NCBI RefSeq assembly: GCF_039654945.1
Contig: NW_027361684.1
Coordinates: 56,854,001-56,918,000, forward strand
DNA: 64,000 nucleotides
DNA from: Dendrobates tinctorius
Taxonomy: Eukaryota
Direction of reading: 5' to 3'
Shown piece by piece: positions 10,486 to 20,973 of this stretch; position 1 is the first letter of the stretch, and the number at the start of each line of letters is the position of its first letter. Below the pieces are notes generated by a model. The model was not told where the DNA came from and searched no databases. It was given only the letters and a program-made list of their open reading frames with translations. Both the position numbers and the translations under genes were made by a program.

Positions 10486-13400
10486 AGTCTCTCCTGCTGT
10501 CTCCGCATTCCAAAGACAGTAGGCCTCTGCCTACACCCTCCTATTTCCTGGGCTTCAACTCAGCCAGTTGTAGCTCGGAAGTGCCGTCCACATGGAAAGA
10601 GATACTTGCTCCCGTGTCTCAGTGGGGTTCAGTAACGTCAGCTGATCCCCTGCTGTGTGGATGGCAGTCTCTCCTGCTGTCACCTCATTCAAAATACAGT
10701 AGGCCTCTGCCTACACCCTCCTATTTCCTGGGCTTCAACACAGCCAGTTGTAGTTCGGAAGTGCCGTCCACACGGAAAGAGATACTTGCTCCCGTGTCTC
10801 AGTGGGGTTCAGTAACGTCAGCTGATCCCCTGCTGTGTGGATGGCAGTCTCTCCTGCTGTCACCTCATTCAAAATACAGTAGGCCTCTGCCTACACCCTC
10901 CAATTTCCTGGGCTTCAACACAGCCAGTTGTAGTTCGGAAGTGCCGTCCACACGGAAAGAGACACTTGCTCCCGTGTCTCAGTGGGGTTCAGTAACGTCA
11001 GCTGATCCCCTGCTGTGTGGATGGCAGTCTCTCCTGCTGTCACCACATTCCAAATACAGTAGGCCTCTGCCTACACCCTCCTATTTCCTGGGCTTCAACA
11101 CAGCCAGTTGTAGTTCGGAAGTGCCGTCCACACGGAAAGAGACACTTGCTCCCGTGTCTCAGTGGGGTTCAGTAACGTCAGCTGATCCCCTGCTGTGTGG
11201 ATGGCAGTCTCTCCTGCTGTCACCACATTCCAAAGACAGTAGGCCTCTGCCTACACCCTCCTATTTCCTGGGCTTCAACTCAGCCAGTTGTAGCTCGGAA
11301 GTGCCGTCCACACGGAAAGAGATACTTGCTCCCGTGTCTCAGTGGGGTTCAGTAACGTCAGCTGATCCCCTGCTGTGTGGATGGCAGTCTCTCCTGCTGT
11401 CACCTCATTCAAAATACAGTAGGCCTCTGCCTACACCCTCCTATTTCCTGGGCTTCAACACAGCCAGTTGTAGTTCGGAAGTGCCGTCCACACGGAAAGA
11501 GATACTTGCTCCCGTGTCTCAGTGGGGTTCAGTAACGTCAGCTGATCCCCTGCTGTGTGGATGGCAGTCTCTCCTGCTGTCACCTCATTCAAAATACAGT
11601 AGGCCTCTGCCTACACCCTCCAATTTCCTGGGCTTCAACACAGCCAGTTGTAGTTCGGAAGTGCCGTCCACACGGAAAGAGACACTTGCTCCCGTGTCTC
11701 AGTGGGGTTCAGTAACGTCAGCTGATCCCCTGCTGTGTGGATGGCAGTCTCTCCTGCTGTCACCACATTCCAAATACAGTAGGCCTCTGCCTACACCCTC
11801 CTATTTCCTGGGCTTCAACACAGCCAGTTGTAGCTCGGAAGTGCCGTCCACACGGAAAGAGACACTTGCTCCCGTGTCTCAGTGGGGTTCAGTAACGTCA
11901 GCTGATCCCCTGCTGTGTGGATGGCAGTCTCTCCTGCTGTCACCTCATTCAAAATACAGTAGGCCTCTGCCTACACCCTCCAATTTCCTGGGCTTCAACA
12001 CAGCCAGTTGTAGTTCGGAAGTGCCGTCCACACGGAAAGAGACACTTGCTCCCGTGTCTCAGTGGGGTTCAGTAACGTCAGCTGATCCCCTGCTGTGTGG
12101 ATGGCAGTCTCTCCTGCTGTCACCTCATTCAAAATACAGTAGGCCTCTGCCTACACCCTCCAATTTCCTGGGCTTCAACTCAGCCAGTTGTAGCTCGGAA
12201 GTGCCGTCCACATGGAAAGAGATACTTGCTCCCGTGTCTCAGTGGGGCTCAGTAACGTCAGCTGATCCCCTGCTGTGTGGATGGCAGTCTCTCCTGCTGT
12301 CACCTCATTCAAAATACAGTAGGCCTCTGCCTACACCCTCCTATTTCCTGGGCTTCAACACAGCCAGTTGTAGTTCGGAAGTGCCGTCCACACGGAAAGA
12401 GATACTTGCTCCCGTGTCTCAGTGGGGTTCAGTAACGTCAGCTGATCCCCTGCTGTGTGGATGGCAGTCTCTCCTGCTGTCACCTCATTCAAAATACAGT
12501 AGGCCTCTGCCTACACCCTCCAATTTCCTGGGCTTCAACACAGCCAGTTGTAGTTCGGAAGTGCCGTCCACACGGAAAGAGACACTTGCTCCCGTGTCCC
12601 AGTGGGGTTCAGTAACGTCAGCTGATCCCCTGCTGTGTGGATGGCAGTCTCTCCTGCTGTCACCTCATTCAAAATACAGTAGGCCTCTGCCTACCCCCTC
12701 CAATTTCCTGGGCTTCAACACAGCCAGTTGTAGTTCGGAAGTGCCGTCCACACGGAAAGAGACACTTGCTCCCGTGTCTCAGTGGGGTTCAGTAACGTCA
12801 GCTGATCCCCTGCTGTGTGGATGGCAGTCTCTCCTGCTGTCACCACATTCCAAATACAGTAGGCCTCTGCCTACACCCTCCTATTTCCTGGACTTCAACA
12901 CAGCCAGTTGTAGCTCGGAAGTGCCGTCCACACGGAAAGAGACACTTGCTCCCGTGTCTCAGTGGGGTTCAGTAACGTCAGCTGATCCCCTGCTGTGTGG
13001 ATGGCAGTCTCTCCTGCTGTCACCTCATTCAAAATACAGTAGGCCTCTGCCTACACCCTCCAATTTCCTGGGCTTCAACTCAGCCAGTTGTAGCTCGGAA
13101 GTGCCGTCCACATGGAAAGAGATACTTGCTCCCGTGTCTCAGTGGGGTTCAGTAACGTCAGCTGATCCCCTGCTGTGTGGATGGCAGTCTCTCCTGCTGT
13201 CACCTCATTCAAAATACAGTAGGCCTCTGCCTACACCCTCCTATTTCCTGGGCTTCAACACAGCCAGTTGTAGTTCGGAAGTGCCGTCCACACGGAAAGA
13301 GATACTTGCTCCCGTGTCTCAGTGGGGTTCAGTAACGTCAGCTGATCCCCTGCTGTGTGGATGGCAGTCTCTCCTGCTGTCACCTCATTCAAAATACAGT

Positions 13401-14820
13401 AGGCCTCTGCCTACACCCTCCTATTTCCTGGGCTTCAACACAGCCAGTTGTAGTTCGGAAGTGCCGTCCACACGGAAAGAGATACTTGCTCCCGTGTCTC
13501 AGTGGGGTTCAGTAACGTCAGCTGATCCCCTGCTGTGTGGATGGCAGTCTCTCCTGCTGTCACCTCATTCAAAATACAGTAGGCCTCTGCCTACACCCTC
13601 CAATTTCCTGGGCTTCAACACAGCCAGTTGTAGTTCGGAAGTGCCGTCCACACGGAAAGAGACACTTGCTCCCGTGTCTCAGTGGGGTTCAGTAACGTCA
13701 GCTGATCCCCTGCTGTGTGGATGGCAGTCTCTCCTGCTGTCACCTCATTCAAAATACAGTAGGCCTCTGCCTACTCCCTCCTATTTCCTGGGCTTCAACA
13801 CAGCCAGTTGTAGTTCGGAAGTGCCGTCCACACGGAAAGAGACACTTGCTCCCGTGTCTCAGTGGGGTTCAGTAACGTCAGCTGATCCCCTGCTGTGTGG
13901 ATGGCAGTCTCTCCTGCTGTCACCACATTCCAAATACAGTAGGCCTCTGCCTACACCCTCCTATTTCCTGGACTTCAACACAGCCAGTTGTAGCTCGGAA
14001 GTGCCGTCCACACGGAAAGAGACACTTGCTCCCGTGTCTCAGTGGGGTTCAGTAACGTCAGCTGATCCCCTGCTGTGTGGATGGCAGTCTCTCCTGCTGT
14101 CACCTCATTCAAAATACAGTAGGCCTCTGCCTACACCCTCCAATTTCCTGGGCTTCAACTCAGCCAGTTGTAGCTCGGAAGTGCCGTCCACATGGAAAGA
14201 GATACTTGCTCCCGTGTCTCAGTGGGGTTCAGTAACGTCAGCTGATCCCCTGCTGTGTGGATGGCAGTCTCTCCTGCTGTCACCTCATTCAAAATACAGT
14301 AGGCCTCTGCCTACACCCTCCTATTTCCTGGGCTTCAACACAGCCAGTTGTAGTTCGGAAGTGCCGTCCACACGGAAAGAGATACTTGCTCCCGTGTCTC
14401 AGTGGGGTTCAGTAACGTCAGCTGATCCCCTGCTGTGTGGATGGCAGTCTCTCCTGCTGTCACCTCATTCAAAATACAGTAGGCCTCTGCCTACACCCTC
14501 CAATTTCCTGGGCTTCAACACAGCCAGTTGTAGTTCGGAAGTGCCGTCCACACGGAAAGAGACACTTGCTCCCGTGTCTCAGTGGGGTTCAGTAACGTCA
14601 GCTGATCCCCTGCTGTGTGGATGGCAGTCTCTCCTGCTGTCACCTCATTCAAAATACAGTAGGCCTCTGCCTACTCCCTCCTATTTCCTGGGCTTCAACA
14701 CAGCCAGTTGTAGTTCGGAAGTGCCGTCCACACGGAAAGAGACACTTGCTCCCGTGTCTCAGTGGGGTTCAGTAACGTCAGCTGATCCCCTGCTGTGTAG
14801 ATGGCAAAGTCTCCTGCTGC
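10486..14820 (+). repeat. 180-bp tandem array B (about 24 units), in phase with array A
   Basis: AGGCCTCTGCCTAC recurs every 180 bp from 10521 to 14661. About 65% ungapped identity to the A unit by manual comparison. Confidence 0.98.
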
Positions 14821-14835
14821 CTACACAGTCGTACC

Positions 14836-15241
14836 ACTACTGATTTTTAACCGTGCTCCAATTAGGCCTGTGGCTCCACTGTCTCTCGTATTTCCCCTGT
14901 CCTCCAACCCTGCCAGTTACAGCTCCGAAGTGGCGTCTGCACAATCCACACTTGTTCCTGTGTTACAGGTGTTCAGTCCGGTCAGTTAATCCCCTGATGT
15001 GTGTCCGGCAATGTCGCCTGCTCTGTCCACATTCCCATTATGGGAATGTGGACAGAGCAGGCGACATTGCCGGACACACATCAGGGGATTAACTGACCGG
15101 ACTGAACACCTGTAACACAGGAACAAGTGTGGATTGTGCAGACGCCACTTCGGAGCTGTAACTGGCAGGGTTGGAGGACAGGGGAAATACGAAAATCAGT
15201 GAAGCCACAGGCCTAAGTGGAGCTTGGTTAAAATTAGTAGT
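14836..15241. repeat. Right long inverted repeat with about 153-bp perfect arms
   Basis: 14886-15038 is the exact reverse complement of 15040-15192 with a 1-nt spacer. Imperfect pairing extends to 14836/15241. Confidence 0.95.
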
Positions 15242-15800
15242 CTACAACCGATATTAAATTTTCTTCAATGCAGCCTCAGCCTGCTCCGTGCTTGTCCCTG
15301 GGCTTCAACACAGCCAGTTGTTGCTCGGAAGTGCCGTCTTCACAGAGTAAAACACTAGCTCCTGTGTTTGTGGGGTTCAGTAACGTCAGCTGTTCCCCTG
15401 CTGTTTTGATGGCAATCTGTCCTGCTGCCTCCCAATTGACAGCACATCAGGCCTCAGCCTGCTAAGTGCTTGTCCTGGGCTCCAACATCGCCAGTTGCTG
15501 CTCATAACTGACTTTGGCACGGGTACTCCCTCCTGCCCAGCTTGGTTCCAGCCCTGCCTGCTGTTTCCGGGAAGTGTCAATGTCAGTTTGCCACCCCAAG
15601 TTGCCATGTCGTGTTGCGGTTGGGTTAGCCGAGGCTAGGGTGCCAGCAGTTTAGGTGCTTCCTATGTGGACTGCGGGTTCTGGTAAGAAAGGCTTGTTCC
15701 ATAGTGCCAGTAGGACAAGCACCCCCTGTAGGACTGTGTGATTCGGTAACTGCGGCCAGCTTGCGGCATGCCAACTTTGCTTTTCAGGGGTAACTTCTGA

Positions 15801-16829
15801 TACCCCTCCGGGTTCCAGCACCGTCAGCTGGTTCTCGTCAGAGCCTTTGGCCTAGGTGCCTCCATCTCGGTATCCGAGTTCCGGCAACGTCTGCTGGTCC
15901 TTGGTAGTGCTTTGTAGCACAGGTACCTCCTGCTTAGTAACCGGGTTCCAGCACCGTCAGCTGGTCCTCGGTTGTGCCATTGGCTCTTATTCCTTCTGCT
16001 GCCCCTCCGGGTGCCAGCACTGTCAGCTGGTCCTCGCTATTTCCATTTGCTCTTGCAGCTTATGCTACCCCTCCGGGTTCCAGCACCGTCAGCTGGTTCT
16101 CGTCAGAGCCTTTGGCCTAGGTGCCTCCATCTCGGTATCCGAGTTCCGGCAACGTCTGCTGGTCCTTGGTAGTGCTTTGTAGCACAGGTACCTCCTGCTT
16201 AGTAACCGGGTTCCAGCACCGTCTGCTGGTCCTCGGTTGTGCCATTGGCTCTTATTCCTTCTGCTGCCCCTCCGGGTGCCAGCACTGTCAGCTGGTCCTC
16301 GCTATTTACATTTGCTCTTGCAGCTTATGCTACCCCTCCGGGTTCCAGCACCGTCAGCTGGTTCTCGTCAGAGCCTTTGGCCTAGGTGCCTCCATCTCGG
16401 TATCCGAGTTCCGGCAACGTCTGCTGGTCCTTGGTAGTGCTTTGTAGCACAGGTACCTCCTGCTTAGTAACCGGGTTCCAGCACCGTCTGCTGGTCCTCG
16501 GTTGTGCCATTGGCTCTTATTCCTTCTGCTGCCCCTCCGGGTGCCAGCACTGTCAGCTGGTCCTCGCTATTTACATTTGCTCTTGCAGCTTATGCTACCC
16601 CTCCGGGTTCCAGCACCGTCAGCTGGTTCTCGTCAGAGCCTTTGGCCTAGGTGCCTCCATCTCGGTATCCGAGTTCCGGCAACGTCTGCTGGTCCTTGGT
16701 AGTGCTTTGTAGCACAGGTACCTCCTGCTTAGTAACCGGGTTCCAGCACCGTCAGCTGGTCCTCGGTAGTGCCATTGGCTCTTGTTCCTTCTGCTGCCCC
16801 TCCAGGTGCCAGTACCGTCAGCTGGTTCA
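15801..16829 (+). repeat. 265-bp tandem array C (about 3.9 units), each unit with four copies of the shared 27-nt stem-loop
   Basis: TACCCCTCCGGGTTCCAGCACCGTCAGCTGG at 15801, 16066, 16331 and 16596. Confidence 0.95.
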
Positions 16830-17159
16830 AGAGGACAAAGAACAGGAAGACAACCACCAAGATGCAGAACAACAAGAGAGAGAAGACAAAGAAGCATAAA
16901 AAAAACAAAGCAGAAGAACATTAAGCATAAGACTAATACTCTGAGCAAATGATATTATCTTATTTATAAGCAGAAGACGACTAAGCAGTGTATGGGGGTG
17001 AGTCCGTTCCTCCTCGTGGTGCCCCTGGAAAAGGCCTGCTGCTGCAGGCCAAACTGAACGCGGACAAATCTTGTTGTAAATCTTTTGTGACAGGCAGAAC
17101 GGAAGGTGTAAACTTCTAACTTTTCTAGATAACAACTACAGGAATGCCTGACACAAACA

Positions 17160-17492
17160 AGAATATGATGAAGAAGAATAGGAAGAAGATGAAGAAGTTG
17201 AATATGTAGAATAATAATTGTTGAATAAGAAGAATATGAAGAATGTAAGAAAAGGAAGAAGAAGAAGAATGTAAAAAAAGGAAGTAGAAGAATTTAAAAA
17301 AGGAAGAAGAAGAAGAATGTAAAAAAAGGAATAAGAAGAAGAATGTAAAAAAAGGAAGAAGAAGAAGAATGTAAAAAAAGGAAGAAGAAGAAGAATGTAA
17401 AAAAAGGAAGTAGAAGAATGTAAAAAAAGGAAGAAGAAGAAGAAGAAGAAGGTAAAAAAGGGAAGAAGAATAAGAAAGAAGAAAGAAGAAGA
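17160..17492 (+). repeat. Purine-rich (GAA)n / AAGAATGTAAAAAAAGG minisatellite inside the hAT 3' end
   Basis: Repeated GAAGAAGAAGAATGTAAAAAAAG units. Confidence 0.9.
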
Positions 17493-18169
17493 CATACATG
17501 TCTGCCAAAATATAAATAAGGCTAACATAGTCAATATCTTTGTAACTCCTAACGTCTTTAAAAAAAAAGTTTAATTCCTGCTATTCCTTTTGATTGGGCT
17601 AAAACTCTATGGCTTTAATGTCTCCTCCACCTCCCACAATACATTCTACATTATTCTTAGTTGTTTTTCTTCATGTAGAATTAACCTACAAGGAAAGAAA
17701 GGGTTTTTTTTAATTCCGATATTTTGGCCCCATTGACTTGCATTGGTTACCGGTATCGGAATCGGCGATACCGATATTTTTTTTTAAGATCGGCCGATCC
17801 ATTCCGATCCGATATTTTCAAGTATCGGCTGGTATCGCTCAACTCTACTGATGCCATAAAGTACGAGTTTCAGAGCAGCCTCTCTAGGAGCCAGAACATA
17901 AGTCTACTTTTTAAGTCCATGCATAACATGGTCAGGTATTCACTTATATGGCTGAAATATAATGTTAGATTTCTCCAGAAAAAGCCTCTGTCAAAAAGGA
18001 AGCTGCAAACTTTTTAGAAAGTGGTTGTCTTCATGAGAAGATCCTTTTAGCATAGATGGTGTTAGCTACTGCTAACAACACAGAACATATAATATTTCAA
18101 GTAAATCTTTAGAAATGATATGGCATATGGATGCAGTTTGCGAGACATACCCTTTACATGCCTAAAGCT

Positions 18170-18320
18170 ATAATAATAATAATTTTATTTCTATAGCGCC
18201 GACATATTCCGCAGCACTTTACATTTCAGAGGGGACTTGTACAGATGATAGACATTACAGCATAACAATAATCACATAGATTATAACAGATACCAAGAGG
18301 AATGAGGGCCCTGCTCACAT
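18170..18320 (-). mobile_element. 3' tail fragment of an L2-type LINE or related SINE
   Basis: Minus strand reads ...TGTAAAGTGCTGCGGAATATGTCGGCGCTATAGAAATAAAA followed by an (ATT)n tail. Confidence 0.5.
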
Positions 18321-20326
18321 AATACTCTTCTTATAACATTTTTGAGATCTCTTGTCATATAAATTGCTTATTATTTTTCTACTTATAGCCCAGACCAGAC
18401 GTATAGCTGCTAAAGTCTATTGCCAGTTCACTGTACTTGCAAAAGTACATTTCTATCTTGCATCCACAGCCAACTGAGTGCCACAAGTATTACAGAGAAG
18501 TCCAGCTTACCTTCTGAGATCTTTCCATTTTCACATCAAATCGCCTGTGAATTTTGAGTGAAAGTTCTTACTCATGGTGTCGAATTGTAGACCGAGCATT
18601 ATATTTATACCCCCACCCCATTAAAGTTCCACCTACAATATTATATCTGACAAACCAGCAAAACGCTTGCTCGTCAGCTGAAACGATCTGTCGGTTTGAT
18701 CAAAAGATCACTGTTCTCGACAGAGAATTGCCCTGTGTAAACGAGAGATGAGCTGCCGAGAACAGTATGCGCACTGAACGAGGTCTTACTGATTGTTCAG
18801 TGACCATCCAAAGCGCGTTAGCATGTGTAAAAAGGCTATTAAATGACCACCGACCGGCAAACATGTTTCCAGAAGGTGGTCATTTAACGTTGCACATGGC
18901 TCAGTGTAAATGCACCCTTAAAGTATGAGCACACGCTAAGTATTTACTGCAAGAATTTCTGCATGGTTTCTGCATCTCTTGGCGGTAAAAATGTAGCATA
19001 AAATATGGGCATTTTTATTGCACTTTTTACTTGCCTTTTTGCTGCACATTTCTCCCCACTCATCAGTATGGGTGAAATCTGCTGCAATTAACATGCTACA
19101 GATTTATTGTGTGAACTTAGCCTATCTATGATTATTTACCTTATAGCTAGCTATATCAATGAACCACTGGGGATATCCTCGTTGCCCCAATCTAGTATAT
19201 ACTGTAACTTTGATAGGAAGAGGCAATGTTTCCAAAACAGAGTTATACATCGTTAAAAGATCCCAGAAGGTGCGCTGGACTTCATACACGTTCCTACTGA
19301 AAAAAAAATCTGTATTCAGAAGGGCAGGTGTCCGTCAATGCACCCATTCGAGAGAATCGGACTGACTATTTAGATGACGCTCTGCTCAAAGTTTGATCAG
19401 AGGGCCAGCATAGTGTCATCTGATTCTCTCAGATGAGGAAATGAGGGAAAAAAAATGTCTCTATCTTCTCCATTCTGTCAATGAGCAGAAATCGGACTCC
19501 ACTCAGATCTCTTCCGAGTGCAATTCGATGTTTCCCACGCACTCACTGACCTGCATGGCCAGGCGTAATGCAAACATCTGATCTAACTTGGTCATGCGGC
19601 GATTCCTATTCTTGAAAAGTGTCTGTCTGAAGGCCCCATACACTAACATTGCTCCAATGTTTTGTTGGATACGCTCATCTGCACCTGCCATAAAGGTGGA
19701 CCAGGAATTGTGGGAGATTCTACATAAATGCACTATATTCCAATGATTTTTCTTCTTACAAAGCATTGACAAATGTTACCAAGTCCCATATTTTTAGATA
19801 CTCAGGCTGAGCATGTTAAAAAAAAATTGGAAGTCTCTTGCAAAATTCTGAGCTTTCTGGACTCAAACATTTCCAGTGATAAGACTGACTGAAAACCATG
19901 CCGATTAAATCTGTTCTGGAAAATAAATTCCTTCAAGTCACAAAGATTAATTTGATCGGGCAGGAACTGATATATTACCATGGTCAACCTTTTAACGATC
20001 GCTAACGACACAGACAACCAACTCGCTGGGGGACACTCGGGAGTCTTCACCATGGAGTTAAGTTATGGACTTTCCACTGCACTGAAACATACGTGTACAG
20101 CTTCTGCTCCACATGATTGGCTACGTTACGTATGTATTGCAACATTTATAACGTTGACATTTTACCATCTATTGAATATTTCATCTTTTTTACTGGAAAC
20201 TTTCCTATGTAGCAGGAATTGAAATGTGACCATGTCTATTACAACTATGTGCATGCAGATTCCTTATGGAGTGTATTTTTATAGAAGCAGTAACATCATT
20301 TGATTACACAACTGTACACAGCTCTT

Positions 20327-20602
20327 GGGGTCACACTGCGTTAATGCAGTCCGTTTAATGGTTTGCGTTACATCGTGACATAACGCGATTAACGCAATCC
20401 GTTAACGCTGCCATTCACTCCCGTTAGGAGCGCCTCGCTAACGCATGCCATAAATCGGCATGTGCTTGCGACGTGCCATCATTCTGTGATGGACCCTCGG
20501 ATATGAGCTGCAGCATCCGGGGGTCCATCACTGCTAGCGCAGATGAAGCATCTGCGCTAGTGGGCTCTTGTTGAACGGACTGCATTAACGCTATGTGAAC
20601 CT
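20327..20602. mobile_element. Palindromic MITE (Harbinger-like)
   Basis: GGGGTCACACTGCGTTAATGCAGTCCGTT pairs with AACGGACTGCATTAACGCTATGTGAACC. Confidence 0.6.
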
Positions 20603-20605
20603 TAA

Positions 20606-20973
20606 GGCTGTGTGCACACGCTGCGGATTAGGTGTGGATTCATCCGCGCGGATTTTGTAAAATCCGCAGGTGAAACCGCAGGTCAAAATACCTGCGGTTT
20701 TACCTGCGGATTGCTCTGCGGTTTTGCCCTGCGGTTTTTCATCTCCTCAATGGAGGAGATGGCAAACCGCAGCAGAATCCGCAGAAAGAATTGACATGTC
20801 AATTCTTTCTGCGGATTGAAAACCGCAGATAATCCACGCGGAAAATTCCGCACCATCTCCATTGCGGTTTTTGATTCCCATAGGGAATCATGGTACTGTA
20901 CACCGCAGCAAAAACTGCTGCGGGTCCGCAGCGGCCGGAACCGCAGCAAAATCCGCAGTGTGTGCACACAGCC
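20606..20973. mobile_element. PIF/Harbinger-type MITE
   Basis: TIR GGCTGTGTGCACAC / GTGTGCACACAGCC with TAA/TTA flanks and many internal CCGCAG/CTGCGG motifs. Confidence 0.8.

Larger units (their letters stand above)
2732..17847 (+). mobile_element. Giant (15.1 kb) hAT-superfamily DNA transposon with repeat-array cargo
   Basis: Perfect 8-bp TSD CTGATGCC (2724-2731 and 17848-17855). TIR TAGTGTTGAGC vs reverse complement TAGAGTTGAGC. Clustered subterminal CCGATAC/GTATCGG motifs at both ends. Internal hAT transposase. Confidence 0.95.

Noticed and set aside
8930-10830. tRNA-derived array (7-nt loop like an anticodon arm)
   Set aside because: The loop lacks the Y-U-N-N-N-R pattern, and I saw no cloverleaf or A/B boxes.
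15801-16829. CRISPR-like array (palindromic about 27-nt repeats with spacers)
   Set aside because: The spacers are not unique and recur every 265 bp (or every 180 bp in arrays A and B). There are no cas genes and the context is eukaryotic.
17125-17534. Phe/Leu-rich membrane-protein ORFs
   Set aside because: These are translations of the GAA minisatellite reverse strand.
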